From Pseudomonadota bacterium (GTDB taxonomy: Bacteria > Campylobacterota > Campylobacteria > Campylobacterales > Sulfurospirillaceae): a stretch of 64,000 bases of DNA. Shown here in pieces: positions 50,204-60,243 of the stretch (the first letter of the stretch is position 1; every line of letters begins with the position of its first letter). The stretch is from contig JAGDMU010000007.1 of assembly GCA_017860615.1 (NCBI GenBank), positions 6,534-70,533 of the forward strand. The letters are read 5' to 3'. Under the pieces are notes generated by a model. That model did no database searches and had not been told where the DNA came from. It worked only from the letters and a program-made list of their open reading frames with translations. Position numbers and translations under genes: made by a program.

Positions 50204-52098
50204 TTGTCACCTCTTTCAGATATTCCCTCAAACGGTTTGATGTTTGAAAACATATCTTCATCACCTTCTTCAAAAGTCTCTTCGTTCACACTAGGAACTA
50301 TTGACTTCGCTGGCTTAGATTCATTAATGACCGGTGATGCTTTGAGTTTAATGGCTCTTTCATTTTTTTTACGAGTCTGAAGAGTTTTTTGGGCAGCATC
50401 TTTTTCAAGGTTTTTCATCCTCTCGATTGAAAGGAATACATCATGTTCACTATGTTCTCTACGCTCATCGGCATCCAATTTCTTCTTAACTGCACAATAT
50501 TCCCAAAGCGAGACGCCTGTCGCTTTTGCTCTACGATCTTTAAGTGGGATGCTGTGATACTGCTTTGTATCAGGATCATAGAAATAAATGAGACTGATAT
50601 CTCGTGGATCTCTTCGTATGAGATACGTTTTAGAGCTTTTTCCATGTTTATCTAAAGAGCGTGGTATAAAGCTATTGAGCACATCAGAGTAATACGTAAT
50701 CCCATCTAAAACAATTCCGTAGCGCTGGATGGTTCTTTCATCATAGGGGAGAAGATTTAATCGAAGTCTTGCAGCATCTTTTTTCTCAGCTCTCATTATC
50801 CTTCCACGAGGTGGTGTATTTGGTCCACCAAGCATTCCTTCTAGATAGCGGGCTATTGGACTTTTTCCCAAAGCTGAGTGAACTTTATGATGGTACACTT
50901 CTGTAATTAAAATAGTAAGCCACTTTTCAAATTCTTCAAGCGTCATATTGGCATGTTTGACAGAATCGTAAGTTCCTTTTTGGGTGATATTTGAAAAAGT
51001 GGTTCCTTTGAGTGTGTGAATATCTTCATTGAGAGTTCTGACCAAACGCTCAATATGCCCTCCAAAATTCGGACGACCAACAGGGCGCCATACTGCTGTC
51101 ATCTTGTACTCTTTGCAGACCATTTCAATATCTTTACCTCTAAACTCTTTTGCATTATCCATATGAATCATGCTAGGGAAACCTTCAAGTGGCCATTTCG
51201 TTTGAATGCCATATTTTACGAGAATTTCATCTTTTGAGAGAATTGCATTGGCCAAGCATTGCCCCGTCCCAAAATAACCTGGTGAATCGAATGAAATGTA
51301 AAAACCTGCGATCATCCGACTGTAAACATCAATGGCTAGTGTAATCCAAGGACGACCAATTACTTCTCGATGCTTACTATCCACCAATTCAATATCTACT
51401 CGTGTATGATCTATTTGTATAACTTCCAAAGGATAATTACCATCAGGAAACTCCCCTTTTATCGGATAAAGAGGATGAACTGATTTTTTACCTTCGCGTT
51501 TTTTCATGCTAATGCGCTTATCTAACGCTTCCACTCGCCTTCCTATAGTTGCTAAACTAGGAGGTTCAATATTCGCATTTCTGCATCTAAGCACAATATC
51601 TTCATAGGTTTTTTGAACGGTTGGTTTTTGTTCAGAGAGATAATACTCATCCAAGGCACTGGCAATAATAGCTTCAAGTTCTTCAGCTAAACGCGATTTA
51701 CCTTTACCACCAGTAGTTCCTTCATAAATTAAAGAAGTCAAACGCTGTGTTTTTTCATAAGCCTTCAACCAATTATAGATACTACTTGAAGCGACATTGC
51801 ATTCTTTAGCCCTTTGATTGACTTTTTCTCTTGTTCTATTTTCCAAAAGTGGTTCAATGATTTTAAAACGTTCTTCGGCTTTTTTTAAATGATGTTCTGG
51901 TACTTGCGATAGGTCTTCATAGACAGTATCTTGCCTTTCTTCTTCAAGCTCACTAGAGAGGTCTTGAATAAAAAGTGTTTCGATTTTTCCCGTTGCGAGA
52001 TTTTTTGCTAAAACTTTATCAATATCCAATAATTTACGAATTTCATACTCTTCATTCTGGTAAAAGACATGTGTTCCGCTTCGTATATCAAGGCTCAT
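50200..52098 (-). CDS. tnsB: TnsB DDE transposase
   Basis: IQIDHT (D), HMDNAKEF (D), GHIERL (E); GRPWITLAIDVYSR; Mu-transposase-like C-terminus. Confidence 0.93.
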   Translation of the reverse strand: MSLDIRSGTHVFYQNEEYEIRKLLDIDKVLAKNLATGKIETLFIQDLSSELEEERQDTVYEDLSQVPEHHLKKAEERFKIIEPLLENRTREKVNQRAKECNVASSSIYNWLKAYEKTQRLTSLIYEGTTGGKGKSRLAEELEAIIASALDEYYLSEQKPTVQKTYEDIVLRCRNANIEPPSLATIGRRVEALDKRISMKKREGKKSVHPLYPIKGEFPDGNYPLEVIQIDHTRVDIELVDSKHREVIGRPWITLAIDVYSRMIAGFYISFDSPGYFGTGQCLANAILSKDEILVKYGIQTKWPLEGFPSMIHMDNAKEFRGKDIEMVCKEYKMTAVWRPVGRPNFGGHIERLVRTLNEDIHTLKGTTFSNITQKGTYDSVKHANMTLEEFEKWLTILITEVYHHKVHSALGKSPIARYLEGMLGGPNTPPRGRIMRAEKKDAARLRLNLLPYDERTIQRYGIVLDGITYYSDVLNSFIPRSLDKHGKSSKTYLIRRDPRDISLIYFYDPDTKQYHSIPLKDRRAKATGVSLWEYCAVKKKLDADERREHSEHDVFLSIERMKNLEKDAAQKTLQTRKKNERAIKLKASPVINESKPAKSIVPSVNEETFEEGDEDMFSNIKPFEGISERGDK

Positions 52099-52732
52099 AG
52101 ATACTCTCCAAGATAGTGTATAACGACAATTTTACATTCAAGTCTACTTTGATTTTCTTATATCGTACAAGTGCCCAAAGTGTTGGCACAATGTCTATTT
52201 GTTCAGAAGGGTCTGGGGTGATTTTTGCGAGTAATTCATTTAAGCGGTTAAAAGGAGTGAAAGCAGTATAAATTTTTTCATACTGCTTCGGGTCAATGTA
52301 TTCGTAATCTAACAAAAATTTGATATTCCAAAACAAGTCTTCATTTTGCAAATAAGGGCATCTTTCGGTGAAAATACGAAAAGTCCAATTCTTTTTTTGT
52401 TTGCAAAATTCTATTGCTGCACGAAATTTATGTTCAAACTCGTCAAATTTCTCCAGTAACTCACTGCGATATTTTACTTCACCTAAAATGTAAGAACCAT
52501 CATTTAGTGTGAGTAAGAAATCAGGAGTATAGGAGCGATCTTTGCCTTGAAACTCATATTCAATAGTTAATGGCTGATCATCAAAAGCTTTGATTTGAGG
52601 TAAATAATCAAAGAGGAAGTAAAAATCTCGTTCAAGCTTAGATTCAAAAGAGACAAAACCATGCAAAGCTTTATTGGAGCCAATTTTGCCAGTGATATTG
52701 CGATAGTTTTTAGGGATTTTGCGTTTTCCCAT
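52088..52732 (-). CDS. tnsA: TnsA endonuclease
   Basis: FESKLERD, QPLTIEY, YTPDFL, GEVK. Confidence 0.9.
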   Translation of the reverse strand: MGKRKIPKNYRNITGKIGSNKALHGFVSFESKLERDFYFLFDYLPQIKAFDDQPLTIEYEFQGKDRSYTPDFLLTLNDGSYILGEVKYRSELLEKFDEFEHKFRAAIEFCKQKKNWTFRIFTERCPYLQNEDLFWNIKFLLDYEYIDPKQYEKIYTAFTPFNRLNELLAKITPDPSEQIDIVPTLWALVRYKKIKVDLNVKLSLYTILESIYEP

Positions 52733-52783
52733 TTCAAAATTACCTCGCTTAAGATACTTTTAGCTTGCTAATTCTTTAAAATT

Positions 52784-53518
52784 TTATACCCAATATTGTT
52801 TAATGTCTTCAATTGGATCACTCGCTTTAGTGCGGTGCACCATTGCATGGCAATTTGGACAAAGAGGCACCAAATCTTGCGTCGGTTTTACACTGTAATT
52901 TTTCTTTATTTTATTTAATGGAATAATGTGATGAACATGAATAAATCCATCACCAAGTTCTCCATATTTCTGCGTAAAATCAAATTTGCAAATAAAACAT
53001 TTACACCCATAATGCCTTATACAAGCATCTCTAGCTGCTTTATTTCTTTCATACGCATTAACTTGTGTCTGTATCATACTTCCTTCTGGGTAACCATCCT
53101 CAGGAACACGGTTTTCATCTTCTGGATAGGTTATATTTTGCGATAGTACCCGTTGAACTTCAATTTGTTTCTCTAAAGTATCAAGATAGGTAATCCGACG
53201 ACTTAAAATATCAGTTGACAACCTTTCATTTGAATAAATAATTTCAATATTTGTCATTTTATAACCATGTGGATACTGTATATTCTTCAAGTCTTGCTTA
53301 TATTTACCAGTATAGACAGCTTTTGCCACAATATAACCATCAAAAGAATAATAAACAGTTGACCCTTTATAAAATTTTTCTGGGTTGCGTTTACGAAAAT
53401 CAAAAAAGAAATTATGCCTCTCCTTAGGCAAGGTTTCATAAAAATATTCACGTGCACCATGAATATCTAGCTCTCCAAATGCATCTACATTTTTTCCCAA
53501 TCTAAATAATAAATCCAT
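52784..53518 (-). CDS. McrA-like HNH endonuclease with an uncharacterised N-terminal domain
   Basis: EG...YERNKAARDAC...CFICKFDF...IHVHH...LCPNCHAMVH. Confidence 0.85.
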   Translation of the reverse strand: MDLLFRLGKNVDAFGELDIHGAREYFYETLPKERHNFFFDFRKRNPEKFYKGSTVYYSFDGYIVAKAVYTGKYKQDLKNIQYPHGYKMTNIEIIYSNERLSTDILSRRITYLDTLEKQIEVQRVLSQNITYPEDENRVPEDGYPEGSMIQTQVNAYERNKAARDACIRHYGCKCFICKFDFTQKYGELGDGFIHVHHIIPLNKIKKNYSVKPTQDLVPLCPNCHAMVHRTKASDPIEDIKQYWV

Positions 53519-53579
53519 AATGATCCTCTATTGTAAGAATATTTTAGAGTATATGAATGCTAATAATGAACTTATTGTA

Positions 53580-53795
53580 TTATAATCTATTAAAGTTCTC
53601 TGATTCCATTTGTTTAAGAGCTTCATCTTTATTGGAAGCTTCAAAAATTCCGGTTCTCTCAAAATCTATGCTGGTATATCTTGATCTTTCCACTTTTGCC
53701 GCTTCTCTATTTTCATATGGTCCACATAAGATATTTTGACCTCTCTCAGTATGTGCATTCGAATTATAATTACTTACCCCAAAATAAAACATCAT
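53580..53795 (-). CDS. Small hypothetical protein
   Basis: 71 aa, AAGGAG RBS, co-oriented with the HNH and tns genes. Confidence 0.6.
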   Translation of the reverse strand: MMFYFGVSNYNSNAHTERGQNILCGPYENREAAKVERSRYTSIDFERTGIFEASNKDEALKQMESENFNRL

Positions 53796-54123
53796 GTTCT
53801 CCTTTTAGATCTTAAATTAATTTACAAAAGATATTTTATAACTTATATAATATAATGTATATACTATATAATAAGTGCTTTTAGTTGCGCAGAAGAACTA
53901 GAGACATATGAAAGTACTACAAGGCTTAATCTTACGGTAATCATTTACTAAAATCTATGTGTAACCTAATTATTAGCAATCAATCCATTACCCTTAATAT
54001 AACTTTATTTTTTGTAAAAGTGAGTTATTCAATATTAAATAACTCGTATATACTACATAAAATCAACAGGATAGAACTTAGAATGTGTTATTATTATTTT
54101 ATGAATACAAGATGCTAATGAAT

Positions 54124-54256
54124 AATCCAAGTATCTTTAAAATTTTTGGAGGTTAGTCCAATTGTCTTTGAATAAAGTCCAAGTATCTTTGTCACAAAAC
54201 TATAGTAAATACTATATTTTTATGCTATTTGGTCTAATTGTCTTTGAAAAATTACA
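54124..54256 (-). repeat. tnsA-proximal transposon end with four transposase-binding sites
   Basis: Sites at 54124-54140, 54155-54171, 54176-54192 and 54231-54247, reverse complements of tcaaaga(c/t)a(a/c)ttggact; terminal CA at 54255-54256. Confidence 0.88.
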
Positions 54257-54261
54257 ACGTA
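54257..54261 (+). repeat. Target-site duplication ACGTA, right copy
   Basis: ttaca|ACGTAtaaaa. Confidence 0.92.
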
Positions 54262-55631
54262 TAAAATCAGCTCTTTCAAGCATCAACTTCCAATTTCCTG
54301 CCCAAAAAATAACAATAAACCTTTCACCTTCGGATCTCAAAAAAGAGGGAAGCCACTTTGATTTGATCATCGCTCTTCTCATTGCTATCCAAAAAGAGCG
54401 TTTTACCTGTAACGATTTTTTTATCTTTGGCGAGCTTGGGTTGGATGGCAAAGTCAAGAAAACCAATGCCATTTTTCCTATTATTCTCTCTCTTGCAGCA
54501 CACATGCCAAACCTTCGTGTTTTGATTCCAACAGAACTACTCTCAAAAGTACAACAAATTCCCAATATTGAAGCATATGGTGTTGAAACACTGCATGAGG
54601 CTCTACTCTTTTTTAAAGAAAAACGCTTTAATACAGAAACACCTTCAGATAAGCAGATTTTTTGTGAAAATGCTTTAGAAATTGAAGGTAAACACTATTT
54701 TTATAGCACTCAGTTTCCACTGGACTTTAGCGATGTTTTAGGACAACACCGAGCCAAACGCGCTATGCTCATCGCTGCTGCTGGTATGCACAACCTTTTG
54801 ATGGAAGGAAGTCCAGGATGCGGCAAAAGCATGAGCATCAAACGTCTTCGCTACATCTTGCCTCCTCAAAGCATCGAAGAGATACTCGAATCCAACGCCT
54901 ACCAATCACTTCAAGAAGAGGACGTTGAACTAAGCCCTCTTAGACCTTTTAGGTCACCCCATCACACCTCTTCTCGCCCGTCCATCTTTGGTGGAGGCAG
55001 TTCGCAAAGTAGAGCAGGTGAAATTGCCCTCGCCCATAATGGCGTTCTGTTTTTCGACGAATTTCCCAATTTTTCTAAAACTGTTTTAGAGAGCTTAAGA
55101 GAACCACTTGAAGATCATCGAGTCCTCATCTCACGGGTCAATACGAAAGTAAGTTATGCGACCAAATTTCTGTTTGCAGCAGCGCAAAATCCTTGTCCAT
55201 GTGGCAATCTTTTTAGCCAGAGCCATGAATGCCGCTGTAGCGAAGTAGAAATCAATCGTTATAAAAACCGTATTTCCGAGCCGATTATGGACAGAATTGA
55301 TCTGTACATTCAGATGAGTGAAGAACATTCTAAAGAGCAAGGTCTTAGCTCAAAAGAGATGTTTGAGCAAGTGCTAAGAGCCTTTGTGATGCAAAAAAAG
55401 CGTGGTCAAAATGAACTTAATGGCAAGCTGGACGAACATAATACAATGCGCTTTTGTACATTGGAAACAAAAGCAAGCGAGAGCTTAGAGATAGCGCAGA
55501 GTCGTTTTGGACTGAGTCAGAGAAGTATCCATAAAGTACTTCGCATCGCACGTTCTATCGCCGATTTGGCGCAGAGTGAACAGATCTTACAAGAACACCT
55601 TCTTGAAGCCTTAAGCTTCCGTAAGCGTTAG
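54257..55631 (+). pseudogene. comM: comM 3' portion
   Basis: KITINLSPSDLKKEGSHFDL, GELGLDG, GSPGCGKS, FRSPHHTSS, LFFDEF, AAQNPCPCG. Confidence 0.93.
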
Positions 55632-55640
55632 GAGAAACCA

Positions 55641-57038
55641 ATGCATTATGTCTATGAAGAAACCAATACACTTGATAAGCGTTGTTATAAAAATTTTAGT
55701 TTAACTCCTGAAATCTTGATGGAACATGCTGGCCTTGCCCTTGCTCGCGCGGTGAAAAAAAAGCTTACAAGCAAGCGCACTGCTCTCTTTGTCTGTGGCG
55801 CAGGAAACAATGGTGCGGACGGCATTGTCGCCGCACGCATACTGCATGGCGCGTATAACGTAAGCCTTTATCTTCCATATGAACTTAAATCAGAGCTTGC
55901 AAAACTACAATTAGAGCGTGCCAAAAAAGTAGGCGTTGTCATCGTGAACAAACTCATTGATGCTGACGTTTATGTCGATGCCCTCTTTGGCGCAGGGCTC
56001 AATCGTCCTTTAGACGAGCTTACATGTAAACTGCTTGAAACGCTCAATGTAAAGCAAGGCTGCAAAATAGCGTGTGATATCCCCAGTGGCATTCTTAATG
56101 ATTTAACGCTTAGTTCTGTCATTTTCCAAGCCCATGAAACGATTACCATGGGCGCTTTGAAACTGAGTTTACTCAATGATAACGTTAAAGATGCTGTTGG
56201 AAAAATTCAAGTCGCCAATCTAGGTATCGCACGAAACCAATATGAAATACCTAGCTCCATCTTTTTACTTCGAAAAAGTGATCTCAAACTACCCATTCGC
56301 ATCAAGAAAAATACTAATAAAGGTACCTTCGGGCATGTTGCGATTGTACAAGGCTCCAAAGAAGGAGCGGCACGCCTTGCAGGCATAGGAGCATTTCATT
56401 TTGGCGCAGGACTGGTAACGCTCATAGGTGAGAAACCTAAAAAATTGCCTATTTATCTAATGAACAGCGAAACACTGCCAAAAAATGCTAATGTGATTGT
56501 GGCAGGCATGGGACTTGAAATGCCATTTGATGAAGCAGCTCTTAAAGCACTTTTGCTTTCCAATGCTTTGCCATTGGTTATCGACGCATCCTTGTCACAT
56601 CGTCCACTGATTACGGAGATTATCGCCTCAAAAAAACCTGTCGTTTTAACCCCACATCCCAAAGAATTTAGCTCGATTTTAGAACTTACATGTAAAGAAA
56701 AAGTCAGTGCTGAAGCGATCCAAGCCAACCGTTTTGAACACGCTAAACGCTTTAGCCTTGCCTTCCCACATGTCGTACTGGTTCTCAAAGGTGCAAACAC
56801 CATCATCGCGTACAATGGTGAGCTTTTCATCAACACCTATGGCACACCCTCTCTTGCAAAAGGTGGCAGTGGCGATGTGTTATCTGGCATGATAGGAGCA
56901 CTTCTAGCACAAGGTTATACCCCAATAGATGCTGCCATTAGCGCAACGCTCGCTCATGCACTTGTCTCTAAACAGTTTACATGTAATAATTTTGCACTCA
57001 CCCCGATTGATATTTGTAAAGGTCTTAAATGGTTATAA
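55641..57038 (+). CDS. nnr: Bifunctional NAD(P)H-hydrate epimerase/dehydratase
   Basis: GAGNNGADG, DALFG, DIPSG, NKGTFGH, LTPHPKE, KGGSGDVL. Confidence 0.92.
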   Translation: MHYVYEETNTLDKRCYKNFSLTPEILMEHAGLALARAVKKKLTSKRTALFVCGAGNNGADGIVAARILHGAYNVSLYLPYELKSELAKLQLERAKKVGVVIVNKLIDADVYVDALFGAGLNRPLDELTCKLLETLNVKQGCKIACDIPSGILNDLTLSSVIFQAHETITMGALKLSLLNDNVKDAVGKIQVANLGIARNQYEIPSSIFLLRKSDLKLPIRIKKNTNKGTFGHVAIVQGSKEGAARLAGIGAFHFGAGLVTLIGEKPKKLPIYLMNSETLPKNANVIVAGMGLEMPFDEAALKALLLSNALPLVIDASLSHRPLITEIIASKKPVVLTPHPKEFSSILELTCKEKVSAEAIQANRFEHAKRFSLAFPHVVLVLKGANTIIAYNGELFINTYGTPSLAKGGSGDVLSGMIGALLAQGYTPIDAAISATLAHALVSKQFTCNNFALTPIDICKGLKWL

Positions 57039-57607
57039 AGAAAATTGCTATTTTATTTAGTGGAGAGGGCAGTAATTTAGAAAAACTGCTCGCGGCTCTT
57101 CACAACCAAGTATTTGAACATTGTAAAATCGAAGTTGCAACCACCATTTGCAATCGTCCTAATGCTGCAGGAATCGAAAAATCACGCGCGTATGGCATAG
57201 AACCTATTATTATCGATCATACGCTCTATTCAAGCCGTGAAGCCTTTGATGAAACCCTTGTAAAGGCAATCCATAACAGTGGAGTTGAACTTACCGTTCT
57301 TGCTGGATTTATGCGTTTTCTCACTCCGTATTTCACAGAACATGTTAAAGCGATCAATTTACATCCTTCACTCCTTCCCCTTTTTAAGGGAGGCAATGCT
57401 ATAAAAGAGAGCTTTGATTCACCCATGAAGGTCGCAGGCATCAGTGTTCACTATGTCAGCGAAGAGCTTGATGGCGGTGAAATCATCGCACAACGCTGTT
57501 TTGAGAAAGTTGAGGGCATGAGCTTGGAAGCATTTGAAGCCAAAATTCATGCGCTTGAACATGAACTCCTTCCCGAAACTGTTAAAAATTTACTCAATAG
57601 GAACTAA
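57029..57607 (+). CDS. purN: Phosphoribosylglycinamide formyltransferase
   Basis: [29 protein letters not shown]. Confidence 0.96.
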   Translation: MVIKKIAILFSGEGSNLEKLLAALHNQVFEHCKIEVATTICNRPNAAGIEKSRAYGIEPIIIDHTLYSSREAFDETLVKAIHNSGVELTVLAGFMRFLTPYFTEHVKAINLHPSLLPLFKGGNAIKESFDSPMKVAGISVHYVSEELDGGEIIAQRCFEKVEGMSLEAFEAKIHALEHELLPETVKNLLNRN

Positions 57608-57609
57608 AA

Positions 57610-58401
57610 ATGAACGACATTCTCAAAGTAGGCAATATTGAATTTGCAAGCCGTTTGATCGTAGGAAGCGGTAAATACCCTGACTTTCAAACCACAAAAG
57701 ATGCAACTTTAGCGAGTGGCTCAAAACTCATCACTGTAGCAGTGCGTCGTGTCAACATCACCAATCCTAACGAAGAAAATCTCATGGATTACTTCAAAGG
57801 CACGGACATCAAACTGCTTCCAAACTCCGCAGGATGTACCACAGCAGAGGACGCTATCACGCTTTTTAGAATGGTTCGAGAAGCGACAGGACTTGATCTG
57901 ATTAAACTTGAAGTCATTGGTGATACGGCTAAAACACTCTATCCCGATGTTATGGAAACTCTTAAAGCATGTGAAGTTCTAGCACGAGATGGCTTTACCA
58001 TCATGACCTACACTAACGATGATCCTATTATGGCTAAACGCTTAGAGAACGCAGGAAGTGCTGCGGTTATGCCTTTGGCTTCACCTATTGGCAGTGGTCT
58101 TGGTATCCAAAATCGCTACAATGTTCTTTTCATTAAAGAAGCAGTCAACATCCCTGTTATTGTCGATGCAGGTATTGGTTGCGCAAGTGATGCGGCTATT
58201 GCAATGGAAATCGGTGCAGATGGAGTCTTAACAAACACTGCGATTGCGCAAGCTAAAAATCCTATTTTAATGGCAGAAGCGATGAAACACGCTGTGCTTG
58301 CAGGACGTTCTAGCTTCCTAGCTGGACGCATTGCTAAAAAGCCTTTTGCAACCGCTAGTTCTCCAACAGAAGGACTCATTGAGTTCCACTCAAAAGCCTA
58401 A
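57610..58401 (+). CDS. thiG: Thiazole synthase
   Basis: [36 protein letters not shown]. Confidence 0.96.
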   Translation: MNDILKVGNIEFASRLIVGSGKYPDFQTTKDATLASGSKLITVAVRRVNITNPNEENLMDYFKGTDIKLLPNSAGCTTAEDAITLFRMVREATGLDLIKLEVIGDTAKTLYPDVMETLKACEVLARDGFTIMTYTNDDPIMAKRLENAGSAAVMPLASPIGSGLGIQNRYNVLFIKEAVNIPVIVDAGIGCASDAAIAMEIGADGVLTNTAIAQAKNPILMAEAMKHAVLAGRSSFLAGRIAKKPFATASSPTEGLIEFHSKA

Positions 58402-58412
58402 AAAATTTTTCC

Positions 58413-58441
58413 TTGACAAAAGGCTGTAATTTGGATAGAAT
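58413..58441 (+). promoter_or_regulatory. Sigma70 promoter of the tRNA operon
   Basis: TTGACA-17 nt-TAGAAT. Confidence 0.8.
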
Positions 58442-58480
58442 TTCAGCCTTAAAAAGACCAACTTAAGTTTTTTTAATTGT

Positions 58481-58558
58481 CGGGGCGTAGCGCAGTCTGG
58501 TCAGCGCACCTGGTTTGGGACCAGGGGGTCGAAGGTTCGAATCCTTTCGCCCCGACCA
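58481..58558 (+). tRNA. tRNA-Pro(TGG)
   Basis: cggggcg acceptor, cctgg-TTTGGGA-ccagg, GTTCGAATC, CCA. Confidence 0.96.
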
Positions 58559-58576
58559 TGTTATAATTTTTAAAAT

Positions 58577-58635
58577 GTTAGAGCATCAGGTTGTGGTTCT
58601 GAGGGTCGTGGGTTCGATCCCCATCACTCACCCCA
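58577..58635 (+). pseudogene. 5'-truncated tRNA-His(GTG)
   Basis: Anticodon arm tcagg-TTGTGGT-tctga, T-arm GGTTCGATCC and 3' strand cactcacc-CCA are present; the complementary 5' acceptor strand and first D-stem strand are absent. Confidence 0.85.
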
Positions 58636-58660
58636 TTAGACCAAAGAGCAGTGTTTTTAT

Positions 58661-58737
58661 GCGCTCGTAGCTCAATTGGATAGAGCAACGGACTTCGGAT
58701 CCGTAGGTTGTAGGTTCGACTCCTTTCGAGCGCACCA
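58661..58737 (+). tRNA. tRNA-Arg(TCG)
   Basis: gcgctcg acceptor, acgga-CTTCGGA-tccgt, CCA. Confidence 0.95.
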
Positions 58738-58755
58738 CCTTAAAACCGAGAAGAT

Positions 58756-58832
<77 letters not shown>

Positions 58833-58879
58833 CCTTTTAAGACGGAGCCTCAGCTTCGCAAAATTTACTACTGTTGTGT

Positions 58880-58964
58880 GCGGATATGGTGAAATTGGTA
58901 GACACGCCAGACTTAGGATCTGGTGCCGAGAGGCATGGGAGTTCGAGTCTCTTTATCCGCACCA
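58880..58964 (+). tRNA. tRNA-Leu(TAG)
   Basis: ccaga-CTTAGGA-tctgg, long variable arm, CCA. Confidence 0.95.
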
Positions 58965-59084
58965 TCCCTTTAATAGGGACTTTCAAACAACTTCTTCCCC
59001 TAATTTATCTTTCTTTTTAATTTCTTTGGGTACGTCATAGGGTACGGTTTGAGAATTGAATTTTGAGAAAATTCAATAGTATAA

Positions 59085-59699
59085 TTACAAATAAAACGAA
59101 ATTCCAAAGTATTCATTATTTTTCAATAGATCTTTATAGCAACTCAAAAGTAAAAATAATTCAGACTCATTCAAGCTATTAAAAAAGTTTGTGATAGCAT
59201 CTATTCGATACTCCTCTTTCTTACTCATCTCTAATTCAAAAGCTTCTTTATTCTTCTCTGTTAATTTAAAATTCTTTCGTATCTGTTTAATCTCTATTTC
59301 GGCTATATCTTGAGCATAGTAATTTTGTATGTTAGAAATATTTTTGTAAAAATGATTAAAATCTTTGATATCAATAGTTACGTTTGACTGTTGAAAATAA
59401 TCCTCTATAATATTAACTGCTGTTTTCGATCCTATTGAATCTAACCCACTAATTTTTCTTTCAAGTTGTTTTTTTACGAGGCTTGATACTTTATTGAGTA
59501 TGTTTATATCTTGAATATTTTTGTTTTGATTGAAACTATCGAGTGTACTGATTGAACCTTTTTCTATAAACTCCTCTAAATCTTTATCAGGCAAATATCT
59601 TTCAATCAATTTGACAATTTTTCTGTCTTCTTTTTTCCAACGATACCAGGTTGGTGCACTAAATCCAAATAACTCTTCAATTATATCTTTAAACTTCAT
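59085..59699 (-). CDS. Putative HTH repressor
   Basis: N-terminal IIEELFGFSAPTWYRWKK helix-turn-helix; divergent from the xis-like gene. Confidence 0.65.
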   Translation of the reverse strand: MKFKDIIEELFGFSAPTWYRWKKEDRKIVKLIERYLPDKDLEEFIEKGSISTLDSFNQNKNIQDINILNKVSSLVKKQLERKISGLDSIGSKTAVNIIEDYFQQSNVTIDIKDFNHFYKNISNIQNYYAQDIAEIEIKQIRKNFKLTEKNKEAFELEMSKKEEYRIDAITNFFNSLNESELFLLLSCYKDLLKNNEYFGISFYL

Positions 59700-59859
59700 T
59701 TCTCACCTACAAAAGTAACATAGTATTATTATAGCATAATATGTAGTTACATGGAGTTATATTCTGTTACTTAAATTTTATCTACATGTAAGTTTTATAA
59801 TATTAATATTCTCGAAATATTTATATATAAAGTTTCATAATAAAATTAAGGAGTGGAAA

Positions 59860-60102
59860 ATGGAGCAAAAAATTACAATCCTGGATAATAGTATAGTAAA
59901 CACTTTGCTAGAGCAGCAGCAACAGATATTAAACTTACTAAAGGGCAAAACTAACGATAGCGGTGAATTTTGTAGCGTAAAAGACGCTGCAAAAATTTTA
60001 AATATCAGTGAACAAAAGATTCGATTGATGCTTGATAATGATGAGTTGAAGTATAGAAAGCTTGGCAGAGCAATCCGTATTTATCGATCATGTCTAATTT
60101 AA
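59860..60102 (+). CDS. Excisionase-family HTH protein
   Basis: FCSVKDAAKILNISEQKIRLML...KLGRAIRI; AAGGAG RBS. Confidence 0.85.
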   Translation: MEQKITILDNSIVNTLLEQQQQILNLLKGKTNDSGEFCSVKDAAKILNISEQKIRLMLDNDELKYRKLGRAIRIYRSCLI

Positions 60103-60105
60103 AAA

Positions 60106-60145
60106 CTCCCTTCTCTAAAAGTTTGGCGACCGCAGAGAAAGGGAG
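60106..60145 (-). terminator. Hairpin with a GTTTGGCGAC loop, terminator-like for leftward transcription
   Basis: ctcccttctct / agagaaagggag stem preceded by aaaaa. Confidence 0.5.
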
Positions 60146-60243
60146 CAATTAAAGCCTAGCAAGAGTCTTTAATCAAGCCGCATTATATCTTACTGCTCCT
60201 TGATTATTCAACCACGTTTATTAAGTGACACAAGGTTGAACAC

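Larger units (their letters stand above)
32749..54256. mobile_element. Tn7-like transposon (TnsA/B/C/TniQ plus TnsE-like), 21,508 bp, inserted in comM
   Basis: Ends TGTTAATCGTCAAAGACAATTGGAC and (reverse complement) TGTAATTTTTCAAAGACAATTAGAC; 5-bp TSD; the empty site restores TCA CGT GAA CGT ATA AAA TCA (SRERIKS); tns genes inside; interior visibly more AT-rich than the flanks. Confidence 0.95.
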
